Shown here in pieces: positions 18,649-27,069 of a DNA stretch of 38,221 bases; positions within the stretch are counted from its first letter, which is position 1; the number at the start of each line of letters is the position of its first letter. The DNA is taken from positions 1 through 38,221 of the forward strand of contig CAYXDA010000001.1 in the NCBI GenBank assembly GCA_964463615.1. Direction: 5' to 3'. The notes below the pieces were generated by a model. That model was not told the DNA's origin, made no database searches, and saw only the letters and a list, made by a program, of their open reading frames with translations. This stretch comes from an uncultured Treponema sp. (GTDB taxonomy: Bacteria; Spirochaetota; Spirochaetia; Treponematales; Treponemataceae). A program made the position numbers and the translations under genes.

Positions 18649-20565
18649 ATGGAACAAACTGTACCAAAATTATTAAGAAAATCTGCTGCTGAATGGCCGG
18701 AAGTTGTTGCCCAGTATTCTCGCAGAAAAGACGGAGAATTTGAGCCTGTTACGTATAGAGATCTTTTTCAGTATGCATTGGATTTTGGTGCGGGATTGCT
18801 TTCTCTTGGAATAAAACGCGGTGATTTTGTTGGTCTTATTTCGGACAACCGCAAAGAATGGCTTCAGGCAGATATGGGAATTATGGCAATTGGAGCAGTT
18901 GATGTTCCACGCGGTTGTGATGCAACTATTCTTGATTTGGAAGCGATTTTTACAATAACAGAAGCAAAATATATTGTTACAGAAAATTCTGCGCAAGTAA
19001 AAAAAATCCTTTCAATTTGGGAAAAAATTAAATTTGTTCAAAAAATTATTGTATTTGATGAACCTTCAGAAGAAGTTGTAAAAGAAGCAAAAGAAAAAAA
19101 TATCGAGATTTATTCATTTGCAGAAATGCTAAAATTGGGTCAGACGTTCCGGATTGAAAATAAAGATGAAGTGGAAAATGAACTTGAAAAAGGGCAGTCT
19201 TCTGAGCTTGCGTGTATTATTTTTACTTCCGGAACAACAGGAACTCCTAAAGGAGTAATGCTTACACACGGAAATTTCCTTGCTCAGCTTGATGAAATTC
19301 CAGAACGAATTATATTGAATCCTGGTGATAAAGCTTTGCTCGTTCTTCCGGTTTGGCATGTTTTTGAACGCGAAGTTGAATATGTAATTCTTATACAGGG
19401 TGGAAGTTTGTGTTACTCAAAACCTATCGGAAGTATTCTTCTTGCAGATTTGAAAAAATTAAATCCAACAATTCTTCCGGCTGTTCCGCGCGTTTTTGAA
19501 TCGGTTTACGATGGTATAATGCGAAAAATGCGAAAAACTGGCGGCATTACAAATGCGCTTTTTACATTTTTTACAAAAGTTGCAATTATTCACAGCAGAA
19601 TGCATCGTTTAATGTTTAATCAGAATGTTTGTTTTACACGCTATTATACAGTTGCTTGGTGGTTCGCATTTATTATTCCATGGACTTTGCTTTGGCCTCT
19701 TAAATTTTTAGGAAATTTGCTTGTTTTCAGAAAAATCAAAGCAATGCTTGGAACTAATTTCCGCGTTGGTGTTGCCGGTGGCGGTGCATATCCTCCGGTT
19801 CTTGATGAATTTTTCTGGGCAATCGGCGTAAAAATTGTAGAAGGTTATGGTCTTACCGAAACAGCACCGATTATTTCTGTGCGACCAATTGCGGCTCCGG
19901 TATTTGGAAATGTCGGCTCGCCGATTCGCGGTGTAAAATGCCGAATTGTTGATCCGGAAGATGGATTTGTGCTAAAACGTGGTCAGTTTGGTGCTATTCA
20001 AATAAAAGGTCCTACAGTAATGCAAGGATATTATAAGCGTCCGGATTTGACTGCGAAAACAATGACTGTTGACGGATGGTTGGATACTGGCGATTTAGGA
20101 ATGCTTTCTATTCATGATGAACTTGTTTTGAAAGGTCGAAAAAAGGATACAATTGTTCTTCTTGGTGGAGAAAATGTTGAACCGCTTCCTATAGAAATGA
20201 AACTTTCAGAGTCGCGCTATATTCGCCAAGCCGTAGTTGTTGGGCAGGATAAACATTATCTTGGCGCATTGATTCTTGTTGATGAAGATGAAGTGAAGAA
20301 TTTTGCGGCAGAAAATGGAATTCAGTATGACACTTATGAAAATTTGATTAATTCAGATGCGATTCAAAAACTTTATGAAGGCGAAATCAGTTCTCTGATT
20401 AATTCTAAGAACGGATTTAAAATGTTTGAGCGTATTAATAAATTCGCTTTGATTACTAAACCGTTTGAAGTTGGCGTTGAACTTTCTGCAAAACAGGAAA
20501 TAATGCGTTATCGTTTGACTGAAATTTATAAAGAACAGATTAAAAAAATCTTTGCAGAAGATTAG
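18649..20565 (+). CDS. fadD: Long-chain fatty acid--CoA ligase
   Basis: IIFTSGTTGTPKGVMLTHGN, EGYGLTET, GWLDTGDLG and GRKKDTIVLLGGENVEP. Confidence 0.88.
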   Translation: MEQTVPKLLRKSAAEWPEVVAQYSRRKDGEFEPVTYRDLFQYALDFGAGLLSLGIKRGDFVGLISDNRKEWLQADMGIMAIGAVDVPRGCDATILDLEAIFTITEAKYIVTENSAQVKKILSIWEKIKFVQKIIVFDEPSEEVVKEAKEKNIEIYSFAEMLKLGQTFRIENKDEVENELEKGQSSELACIIFTSGTTGTPKGVMLTHGNFLAQLDEIPERIILNPGDKALLVLPVWHVFEREVEYVILIQGGSLCYSKPIGSILLADLKKLNPTILPAVPRVFESVYDGIMRKMRKTGGITNALFTFFTKVAIIHSRMHRLMFNQNVCFTRYYTVAWWFAFIIPWTLLWPLKFLGNLLVFRKIKAMLGTNFRVGVAGGGAYPPVLDEFFWAIGVKIVEGYGLTETAPIISVRPIAAPVFGNVGSPIRGVKCRIVDPEDGFVLKRGQFGAIQIKGPTVMQGYYKRPDLTAKTMTVDGWLDTGDLGMLSIHDELVLKGRKKDTIVLLGGENVEPLPIEMKLSESRYIRQAVVVGQDKHYLGALILVDEDEVKNFAAENGIQYDTYENLINSDAIQKLYEGEISSLINSKNGFKMFERINKFALITKPFEVGVELSAKQEIMRYRLTEIYKEQIKKIFAED

Positions 20566-20619
20566 CAAATATTTAACTGCTGTCGCAATTTTGCGGCAGT
20601 TGAAATCTGATTTTAGACA

Positions 20620-20655
20620 AAAAAAAGGCTGCTCTTATAAGAGCAGCCTTTTTTT
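20620..20655. terminator. Bidirectional intrinsic terminator between fadD and ppdK
   Basis: Perfect 36-bp palindrome AAAAAAAGGCTGCTCTTA|TAAGAGCAGCCTTTTTTT. Confidence 0.88.
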
Positions 20656-20718
20656 ATAGCATTGCTACAAGATTGAGCGCATCGTAGCAATTGCTACTTA
20701 TTGCTCAATTATATGCAT

Positions 20719-23430
20719 TTATTTTGCTTTAGCAGCTTTGATTACAGCCTGTGCACCAGCAAGACGTGCAAGTGGAACTCGGAATGGTGAGCAAGAAACG
20801 TAGTTCAATCCAAGTTTGTAGCACAATGCGATAGAAGCTGGGTCACCACCGTGTTCACCACAGATTCCAAGGTGAAGGTCAGCCTTTTCGCTGCGTCCCT
20901 TAGCTTCTGCGATTTCCATCAATGCACCAGGACCATCTGCGTCCAATGTAGCAAACGGATCGTCTTCCAAGATTCTCTGATCAAGGTAAGAGTTGATGAA
21001 CTTACCATAGTCATCGCGGCTGAAACCGAATGTAGTCTGTGTAAGGTCGTTAGAACCGAATGAGAAGAAGTCTGCAAATTTTGCAACTTTGTCAGCAGAA
21101 AGAGCAGTTCTTGGGAATTCAACCATAGAACCAATCTGGAATGTAAGTTTTGTTCCAACTTCTGCGTTTACTTTTGCAATTACAGCTTCTGCCTGTTCGC
21201 GAATCTGTTCAACTTCTCGGTAAGTTACAACGTTTGGAATCATAATGCGAACGTCATGTTTTGCACCTTCTTTTTCCAACTGTGCTGTTGCGCGAGCAAT
21301 TGCTTCAACCTGCATTTCGTAGATTTCCGGATAAGTGATTGCAAGACGGCATCCGCGGTGTCCAAGCATAGGGTTGTGTTCATCAAGAGCAGCAACTTTA
21401 ACAGCAAGGTCTTTTTTGTTAATACCAAGTTTTTTAGCAAGAGCTTTCAAAGCTTTTTCATCTTCAGCCTGGATGAATTCGTTAAGCGGTGGATCCAACA
21501 AGCGGATTGTAACCGGGCGACCTTCCATAGTTTTGATGATTTCGTAGAAGTCTTTCTGCTGGTATGGAAGAATCTTTTCCAAGTTAGCAACGCGAGCTTC
21601 TGTTGAATCAGAAATAATCATTTTCTGGAATGCTGTAAGTTTTGGTTCGTCAAAGAACATGTGTTCTGTGCGGCAAAGGCCAATTCCCATAGCACCAAAG
21701 CGGAATGCATCCTGTGCATTTTTAGGTGTATCACCGTTAGCAAGAACGTTGAAGCCTTTTACTGTTTTGCCAGAAGCTGTTGTTCTTACAGAATTGTTGC
21801 GAACTTCATCTGCCCAGCTTAAGAATGTTTCAAGGTTTCCAGAAATATCAGCTGGTTTTACAGCAACCTGACCTTCATAAACTTTTCCTGTAGCTCCATC
21901 GATTGTAAGGAAGTCGCCTTTTTTGTATGTTTTTCCGTTTACGTTGATTTTGTCTCCAACGAATTTAACATCTGCACAACCGCAAACACAAGGAGTTCCC
22001 ATACCGCGAGCAACTACGGCTGCGTGGCTTGTTCGTCCACCAGTTGAAGTCAAAATACCCTGAGCAACTGCCATACCAGCAATGTCATCCGGAGAAGTTT
22101 CTTTTCTTACGAGAAGAACTTTCTTTCCAGCTTTTGCCCATTCTTCAGCTTCGTCTGCTGTAAATACAATCTGTCCGCATCCTGCTCCAGGAGATGCGTT
22201 CAAACCGCTTGCAATTTCTGTTGCTTTCTTAACAGCTTCTTTATCCAACTGTGGAAGAAGCAACTGGTTCAACTGTTCTGGTTCTACGCGAAGAAGAGCT
22301 GTTTCTTTATCGATAAGACCTTCGCCAACCATTTCTACAGCCATGCGAACTGCAGCGGCACCAGTTCTTTTACCGTTGCGGCACTGAAGCATGAAGAGTT
22401 TTCCTTCTTCAACAGTGAATTCCATATCCTGCATGTCGTGATAGTGTTTTTCAAGACGTTCGCGGATCTGGCAAAGTTCATCGTAAATAGCTTTGTTTGT
22501 CTGTTCAAGCTGAGAAAGTTTCTGTGGAGTTCGGATACCAGCAACAACGTCTTCTCCCTGAGCGTTCATAAGGTATTCACCCATGAATACGTTTTCACCA
22601 GTAGAAGGATCGCGGCTGAAGCAAACACCAGTTCCAGATGTTTCGCCCTTGTTTCCGAATACCATTGCCATAACTGTTACGGCTGTACCCTTAAGAGCAC
22701 CTTCTTTGATGTTGTTCAATTTGCGGTATTTGATAGCGCGTGGGTTCATCCAAGAACCGAATACAGCTCCGATAGCACCCCACATCTGTTTTTTAGCATC
22801 CTGAGGGAATTCTTCGCCTGCTGGTTTTCGTTCTGTGTTTGCTGCTTTGTACATTTCCTTGTATTTAGCAACAATTTCTTTTAAGTTTTCTGTTGAAAGT
22901 TCTGTATCTTCTTTTACGCCAGCTTTTTCTTTTACTTCGTCAATGATTGCTTCGAAATTGTCGTGATCAACGCCCATAGCAACATCACCGTACATCTGGA
23001 TAAAGCGACGGTAAGCATCCCATGCAAATCGTTCGTTGCCAGTTTTTTTAGCAAGACCAAGAACAGCCTTATCGTTAAGACCCAAATTCAAAATTGTGTC
23101 CATCATACCAGGCATAGAAATTGCTGCACCAGAACGAACAGAAACGAGCAATGGATCATCTTCGTCACCAAGTTTTTTGCCCATAACTGATTCAAGTTTA
23201 GCGAGGTATTCTTCAACCTGTTTGTCCAAACCTTCAGGATAGTTGCGGTTCAATTTGTAGTATTCCTGACAAACGTCAGTTGTGATTGTAAATCCTGCAG
23301 GAACAGGAAGGCTTAAAGGAGCTTTTGCCATCTGTGCAAGGTTAGCACCTTTTCCACCAAGTTCAGCGCGCATTGATTCATCGCCATCTGCGTCGCCGTT
23401 ACCAAAAAAGTAAACATACTTTGTAGCCAT
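20719..23430 (-). CDS. ppdK: Pyruvate, phosphate dikinase
   Basis: LGGKGANLAQM, SVRSGAAISMPGMMDTILNLG, GGRTSHAAVVAR (phospho-His), GLCRTEHMFF and GICGEHGGDP. Confidence 0.98.
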   Translation of the reverse strand: MATKYVYFFGNGDADGDESMRAELGGKGANLAQMAKAPLSLPVPAGFTITTDVCQEYYKLNRNYPEGLDKQVEEYLAKLESVMGKKLGDEDDPLLVSVRSGAAISMPGMMDTILNLGLNDKAVLGLAKKTGNERFAWDAYRRFIQMYGDVAMGVDHDNFEAIIDEVKEKAGVKEDTELSTENLKEIVAKYKEMYKAANTERKPAGEEFPQDAKKQMWGAIGAVFGSWMNPRAIKYRKLNNIKEGALKGTAVTVMAMVFGNKGETSGTGVCFSRDPSTGENVFMGEYLMNAQGEDVVAGIRTPQKLSQLEQTNKAIYDELCQIRERLEKHYHDMQDMEFTVEEGKLFMLQCRNGKRTGAAAVRMAVEMVGEGLIDKETALLRVEPEQLNQLLLPQLDKEAVKKATEIASGLNASPGAGCGQIVFTADEAEEWAKAGKKVLLVRKETSPDDIAGMAVAQGILTSTGGRTSHAAVVARGMGTPCVCGCADVKFVGDKINVNGKTYKKGDFLTIDGATGKVYEGQVAVKPADISGNLETFLSWADEVRNNSVRTTASGKTVKGFNVLANGDTPKNAQDAFRFGAMGIGLCRTEHMFFDEPKLTAFQKMIISDSTEARVANLEKILPYQQKDFYEIIKTMEGRPVTIRLLDPPLNEFIQAEDEKALKALAKKLGINKKDLAVKVAALDEHNPMLGHRGCRLAITYPEIYEMQVEAIARATAQLEKEGAKHDVRIMIPNVVTYREVEQIREQAEAVIAKVNAEVGTKLTFQIGSMVEFPRTALSADKVAKFADFFSFGSNDLTQTTFGFSRDDYGKFINSYLDQRILEDDPFATLDADGPGALMEIAEAKGRSEKADLHLGICGEHGGDPASIALCYKLGLNYVSCSPFRVPLARLAGAQAVIKAAKAK

Positions 23431-23469
23431 TGATTTTTACTCCAAAAGAGATAGATATTAGTAACTGAA

Positions 23470-23498
23470 ATAGTACATTTTATACGATTAACTGTCAA
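23470..23498 (-). promoter_or_regulatory. sigma70-like promoter of ppdK
   Basis: Minus strand TTGACA-17-TACTAT. Confidence 0.7.
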
Positions 23499-23595
23499 TT
23501 AAAGGGAAAACTAAAATATATGCCGCAAAATTTGAGTTGTGTTTCAGATATTTGATATCTTGCAAATAAATAATTATTAAGTTAAGTTTTTGTTT

Positions 23596-24717
23596 ATGGA
23601 TTCTTCTTTTTTTGATTACGAAAAGTTTAAAAAAGACAATATTCGTGCGGTTGATGCAAAATTTGAAGCGCAAAAAATAGCTTTTGCGCCGTTAAGTTTT
23701 CAGGCAATCCGTACAATGATTGAAACGGGACTTCTTTCCGAAATAGAAAATGCGGGAGATGAAGGAATAACAAAAAACTCGCTTTCTGAAAAAACAAAAA
23801 TCAGTGAGTATGGCGTTGGTGTGCTTTGCGAAATGGCGCTTGGCATGAACGTTATAAAACTTTCAAAAGATTCTGTTCCTGGTTCTGATGAAAATGAAAA
23901 GTTCACGCTTGGAAAAATCGGCTGGATGCTTTTGGAAGATGATTTAACAAAAGTGAATTTTTGGTTTACAAACGACATTTGCTATGAAGGCGCATGGAAC
24001 TTGAAAGAGTCGATTTTGAACGGAAAGCCTGAAGGTTTGAAGGTTTTTGGTGAAAAATGGACAACGGTTTACGAAGCTCTTTCGACATTGCCGGAAAAAG
24101 CAAAGAAATCTTGGTTTGATTTTGATCATTTTTATAGCGATATTGCTTTTCCGGAGGCGTTGCCGATTGTTTTTGCGGAAAAACCGAAATCAATTGTTGA
24201 TATTGGTGGAAACACTGCAAAATGGTCGATTGCCTGCTGTAATTACAATCCGGACGTAAGAATGACAATTGTTGATTTGCCGGGACAAACTGCTGTTGCG
24301 GAGAAAAATGCAAAAGCCGCCGGTTTTTCGGATAGAATAGGATTTTGCACCGGAAATATCCTTGCGGAAAGTACAAAACTTCCGAGTGCGCCGGATGCTG
24401 TTTGGATGAGTCAGTTTTTGGATTGCTTTAGTTTGCATCAAATTACTAAAATCCTTAAAAAAGTTTACGAGGCGGCAACTGAAAATACGAATGTTTACGT
24501 TCTTGAACCGCTTTGGGACAAGCAGCATTTTGAAGCAAGTTCGTATTCGTTGCAGGCAACTTCGCTCTACTTTACTTGTATTGCAAACGGAAACAGCAAG
24601 ATGTACCGCTATGAAGAGCTTGTGAATGCAATCCGCGATGCAGGGTTTGAACTTAAGACTGCGCATCATAATTTGGGAAGCAACGCCTATTCGCTTTTAG
24701 TGTTTAGGAAAATATAA
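23596..24717 (+). CDS. apeB: SAM-dependent methyltransferase of aryl polyene cluster (ApeB-like)
   Basis: AQKIAFAP, LPEKAKKSWFDFDHFYSD, VDIGGNTAKW, WMSQFLDCFS and TSLYFTCIANGNSKMY. First gene of the cluster. Confidence 0.85.
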   Translation: MDSSFFDYEKFKKDNIRAVDAKFEAQKIAFAPLSFQAIRTMIETGLLSEIENAGDEGITKNSLSEKTKISEYGVGVLCEMALGMNVIKLSKDSVPGSDENEKFTLGKIGWMLLEDDLTKVNFWFTNDICYEGAWNLKESILNGKPEGLKVFGEKWTTVYEALSTLPEKAKKSWFDFDHFYSDIAFPEALPIVFAEKPKSIVDIGGNTAKWSIACCNYNPDVRMTIVDLPGQTAVAEKNAKAAGFSDRIGFCTGNILAESTKLPSAPDAVWMSQFLDCFSLHQITKILKKVYEAATENTNVYVLEPLWDKQHFEASSYSLQATSLYFTCIANGNSKMYRYEELVNAIRDAGFELKTAHHNLGSNAYSLLVFRKI

Positions 24718-24900
24718 TTAATAATGTTGAATTAGGAATTATAAATTGCTTTGCCGTTATTGCGTGTTTTGACGTTGTTTAACAACCGTCAGGCGCAATG
24801 TTGGTTATTGAGACTTTTGAAATGGCGAGGTTTCGAGGTTCTCTTAACCACCTGGAATTTTATCAGCGTGCATCTGCAAAATCTGCGGGAATAAAATCTT

Positions 24901-25524
24901 ATGAATAATCTGTATCTTTCAAATTTAAAAATATGGAAAGCGCCTCTTGAAAATCCTAAGGAAAAGCCGAAGTTGGACTTTGCCGATCCGCTTTTTAAAA
25001 GACGATTAAGTCAGATTACGCGGATGACAATTCAGGTTGTGCACGATTTGATAGAGGAAGTTCCAGAGGCAAAAGATTTTAAGCTGGTTTTTGTTTCGTT
25101 TCGAGGAGAAATTGAACGAGAATTTTCAATCAACAAGGGAATTATTGAAGATTCGGAAATTCTTCCGGCAGGATTCAGTCTTTCTGTGTTCAATACTCCG
25201 ATTGCAGCCGCTTCTCTTTGCCTGAAATTAAAAGCCGGCTATTCTGTAATTTATCCTTCAAAGCAGGATTTTGCCGCTGCTTTTTTGGGCGCCGCATCGC
25301 CGGTTCTTTCTGGGAGCGAACAAAATATAATTTTTGTTTATGCAGATGAATATGTTCCGGATTGTTACGAAGGATTGCAGCCAGAGAATAATTTTGGAAT
25401 GGCGTTTGCCTGTATTTTGGGCGCAACAAAACAAAATAAATTTGTGTCTGTAGATGATGCGGGTGAATTTGCAAAGGATCCTGCGGAGTTTATAAATAGA
25501 TTTTTAGAAATTTCGGAAAAATAA
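24901..25524 (+). CDS. apeC: Ketosynthase chain-length factor (ApeC-like)
   Basis: PLFKRRLSQITRM, VFVSFRGE, PAGFSLSVFNT and VYADE. No catalytic Cys motif. Confidence 0.8.
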   Translation: MNNLYLSNLKIWKAPLENPKEKPKLDFADPLFKRRLSQITRMTIQVVHDLIEEVPEAKDFKLVFVSFRGEIEREFSINKGIIEDSEILPAGFSLSVFNTPIAAASLCLKLKAGYSVIYPSKQDFAAAFLGAASPVLSGSEQNIIFVYADEYVPDCYEGLQPENNFGMAFACILGATKQNKFVSVDDAGEFAKDPAEFINRFLEISEK

Positions 25525-25525
25525 A

Positions 25526-26389
25526 ATGTCAAAAGAAACTAAAGAAGAAATTGAACAAAAATATAATCATAAAGAGTTGCCTCCTGTAAAAAATTGGTTT
25601 TTATACACTTACAGAGCGTTTATGAAACTGTTTTTTTACGCTTTCTTTGGATTGGGGAGCATTTTTTTAGCAATTTTTGTGTTTCCTTGGATTCGTGTTT
25701 TTGAACACAACAAGCATAAATTTCAAATAAAGGCAAGGGCGTTTGTTTCTGCGTCTTTTAGATTTTTTGTTAATTTTATGCGCGCAACAAGGGTTATTAC
25801 CCTAAAAGTTGACGATAAAAACGCATTCAGGAATATTCACGGAAAAGTGATTATTGCAAATCATCCGTCGATGTTGGATTTTGTTTTTATTATGTCGCTT
25901 GTTCCGAATGCGAATTGCATTGTCCGTGGCGGTTTAACAAAAACTGTTCTTGCCGGCGTAATTAAGCAGTGTTACATTGTAAATTCTCTTGATTTTGATG
26001 AATTGTGCCAGCTTTGCAAACAGACTTTGGATGAAGGAAATAATGTGATTATTTTTCCGGAAGGAACAAGAACTCCACGTCATGGGAAAAATCCTTACAA
26101 AAAAGGTGCGGCCAGAATCGCATATTATTCAAAAGCGGGTGTTCAGCCTGTTCTTGTTGGCGGAAATGATAAATATGGTCTTGGTAAGTACGATCCTGTT
26201 TGGTCTTATAATCATACAGAAAAATATGCTTACGATTTTTCACTTCTTCCGGAAATTAAGATTGATGAATACATTCCGCTTTCTGAAACTATTGCGGCAA
26301 AGCGTTTGACGGACAAAATGGAAAATGTTCTTTATGCTGCTGTTGATAAAAATGACACTTTATATGTAACAAACAGAGATAAAGCGTAA
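25526..26389 (+). CDS. apeD: Lysophospholipid (PlsC-like) acyltransferase (ApeD-like)
   Basis: IANHPSMLD (HX4D), IIFPEGTRT and an N-terminal TM helix. Confidence 0.87.
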   Translation: MSKETKEEIEQKYNHKELPPVKNWFLYTYRAFMKLFFYAFFGLGSIFLAIFVFPWIRVFEHNKHKFQIKARAFVSASFRFFVNFMRATRVITLKVDDKNAFRNIHGKVIIANHPSMLDFVFIMSLVPNANCIVRGGLTKTVLAGVIKQCYIVNSLDFDELCQLCKQTLDEGNNVIIFPEGTRTPRHGKNPYKKGAARIAYYSKAGVQPVLVGGNDKYGLGKYDPVWSYNHTEKYAYDFSLLPEIKIDEYIPLSETIAAKRLTDKMENVLYAAVDKNDTLYVTNRDKA

Positions 26390-26400
26390 TTAAAAAAAAA

Positions 26401-26480
26401 TCCGCCGCGAAGCCAGGCGCTGTGTCGGAAGGGGTAGCGGAAAACCGGCAGGTTTGAAGCGAGGGGAAGTCTTTCCCCTT
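26401..26480. repeat. REP-like modular palindromic element, copy C
   Basis: 21-nt exact inverted match to copy B. The 19-nt CGAGGGGAAGTCTTTCCCC is identical to copy D. Confidence 0.78.
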
Positions 26481-26498
26481 TTGTATTATAAAACTCTG

Positions 26499-26527
26499 TT
26501 GATTTTTTCTATTTAGTTTTATACAAT
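26499..26527 (+). promoter_or_regulatory. Internal sigma70-like promoter upstream of the ACP genes
   Basis: TTGATT-17-TACAAT. Confidence 0.5.
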
Positions 26528-26556
26528 GTAAGAATCAATTCAAAGTGGGTCATATT

Positions 26557-26817
26557 GTGGACGAACTTAAAAAAGAAATTAAAGAAGTAATTATTTCTAC
26601 GCTTCAGCTTGAAGATGTAAAACCTGAAAATATTGTTGATTCGGAACCATTGTTTGGCGAAGGATTGGGGCTTGATTCGATTGATGCGCTTGAACTTGGT
26701 GTTGGTCTAAAAAAACATTTTGGTGTAAAATTTTCTAGCGAAAGTGCAGATAATAAGAGGCATTTTGCATCTGTAGATGCATTGGCTGAATATATTACTC
26801 AGGCAAGAAGGGGTTAA
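26557..26817 (+). CDS. apeE: Acyl carrier protein 1 (ApeE-like)
   Basis: PLFGEGLGLDSIDALEL phosphopantetheine Ser motif. GTG start at 26557 (alternative 26545). Confidence 0.88.
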   Translation: MDELKKEIKEVIISTLQLEDVKPENIVDSEPLFGEGLGLDSIDALELGVGLKKHFGVKFSSESADNKRHFASVDALAEYITQARRG

Positions 26818-26820
26818 TTT

Positions 26821-27069
26821 ATGTCAAAAGATGAAATTTTTGAAAAGTTGAAGGGAATTCTTGTATCAGAATTTGAAATTGATGAAGCTTCTATTACACC
26901 TGAAGCAACATTGTTTGATGATTTGGAACTTGATTCAATTGATTCAATTGATTTGATTCAGAAAATGAAGGAATTTATGCCTGCTGGCACAAAGTTTGAT
27001 CCTGCAATTTTCAAAACAGTAAAAACTGTTCAGGATGTTGTGGACGCTCTTGTTCCATATATGGGCTAA
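26821..27069 (+). CDS. apeF: Acyl carrier protein 2 (ApeF-like)
   Basis: LFDDLELDSIDSIDL and FKTVKTVQDVVDA. Confidence 0.88.
   Translation: MSKDEIFEKLKGILVSEFEIDEASITPEATLFDDLELDSIDSIDLIQKMKEFMPAGTKFDPAIFKTVKTVQDVVDALVPYMG

Noticed and set aside
18649-20565. fadD as a member of the aryl polyene cluster
   Set aside because: It has its own promoter and terminator, is separated by ppdK, and the cluster has its own ligase.
20851-23242. Many antisense and alternate-frame ORFs over ppdK (also over DUF711, putP and apeO)
   Set aside because: They are shadows of strongly conserved genes and have no motifs or initiation signals.
26932-26960. GATTCAATT tandem repeat in ACP2
   Set aside because: It simply encodes the DSIDSID motif.
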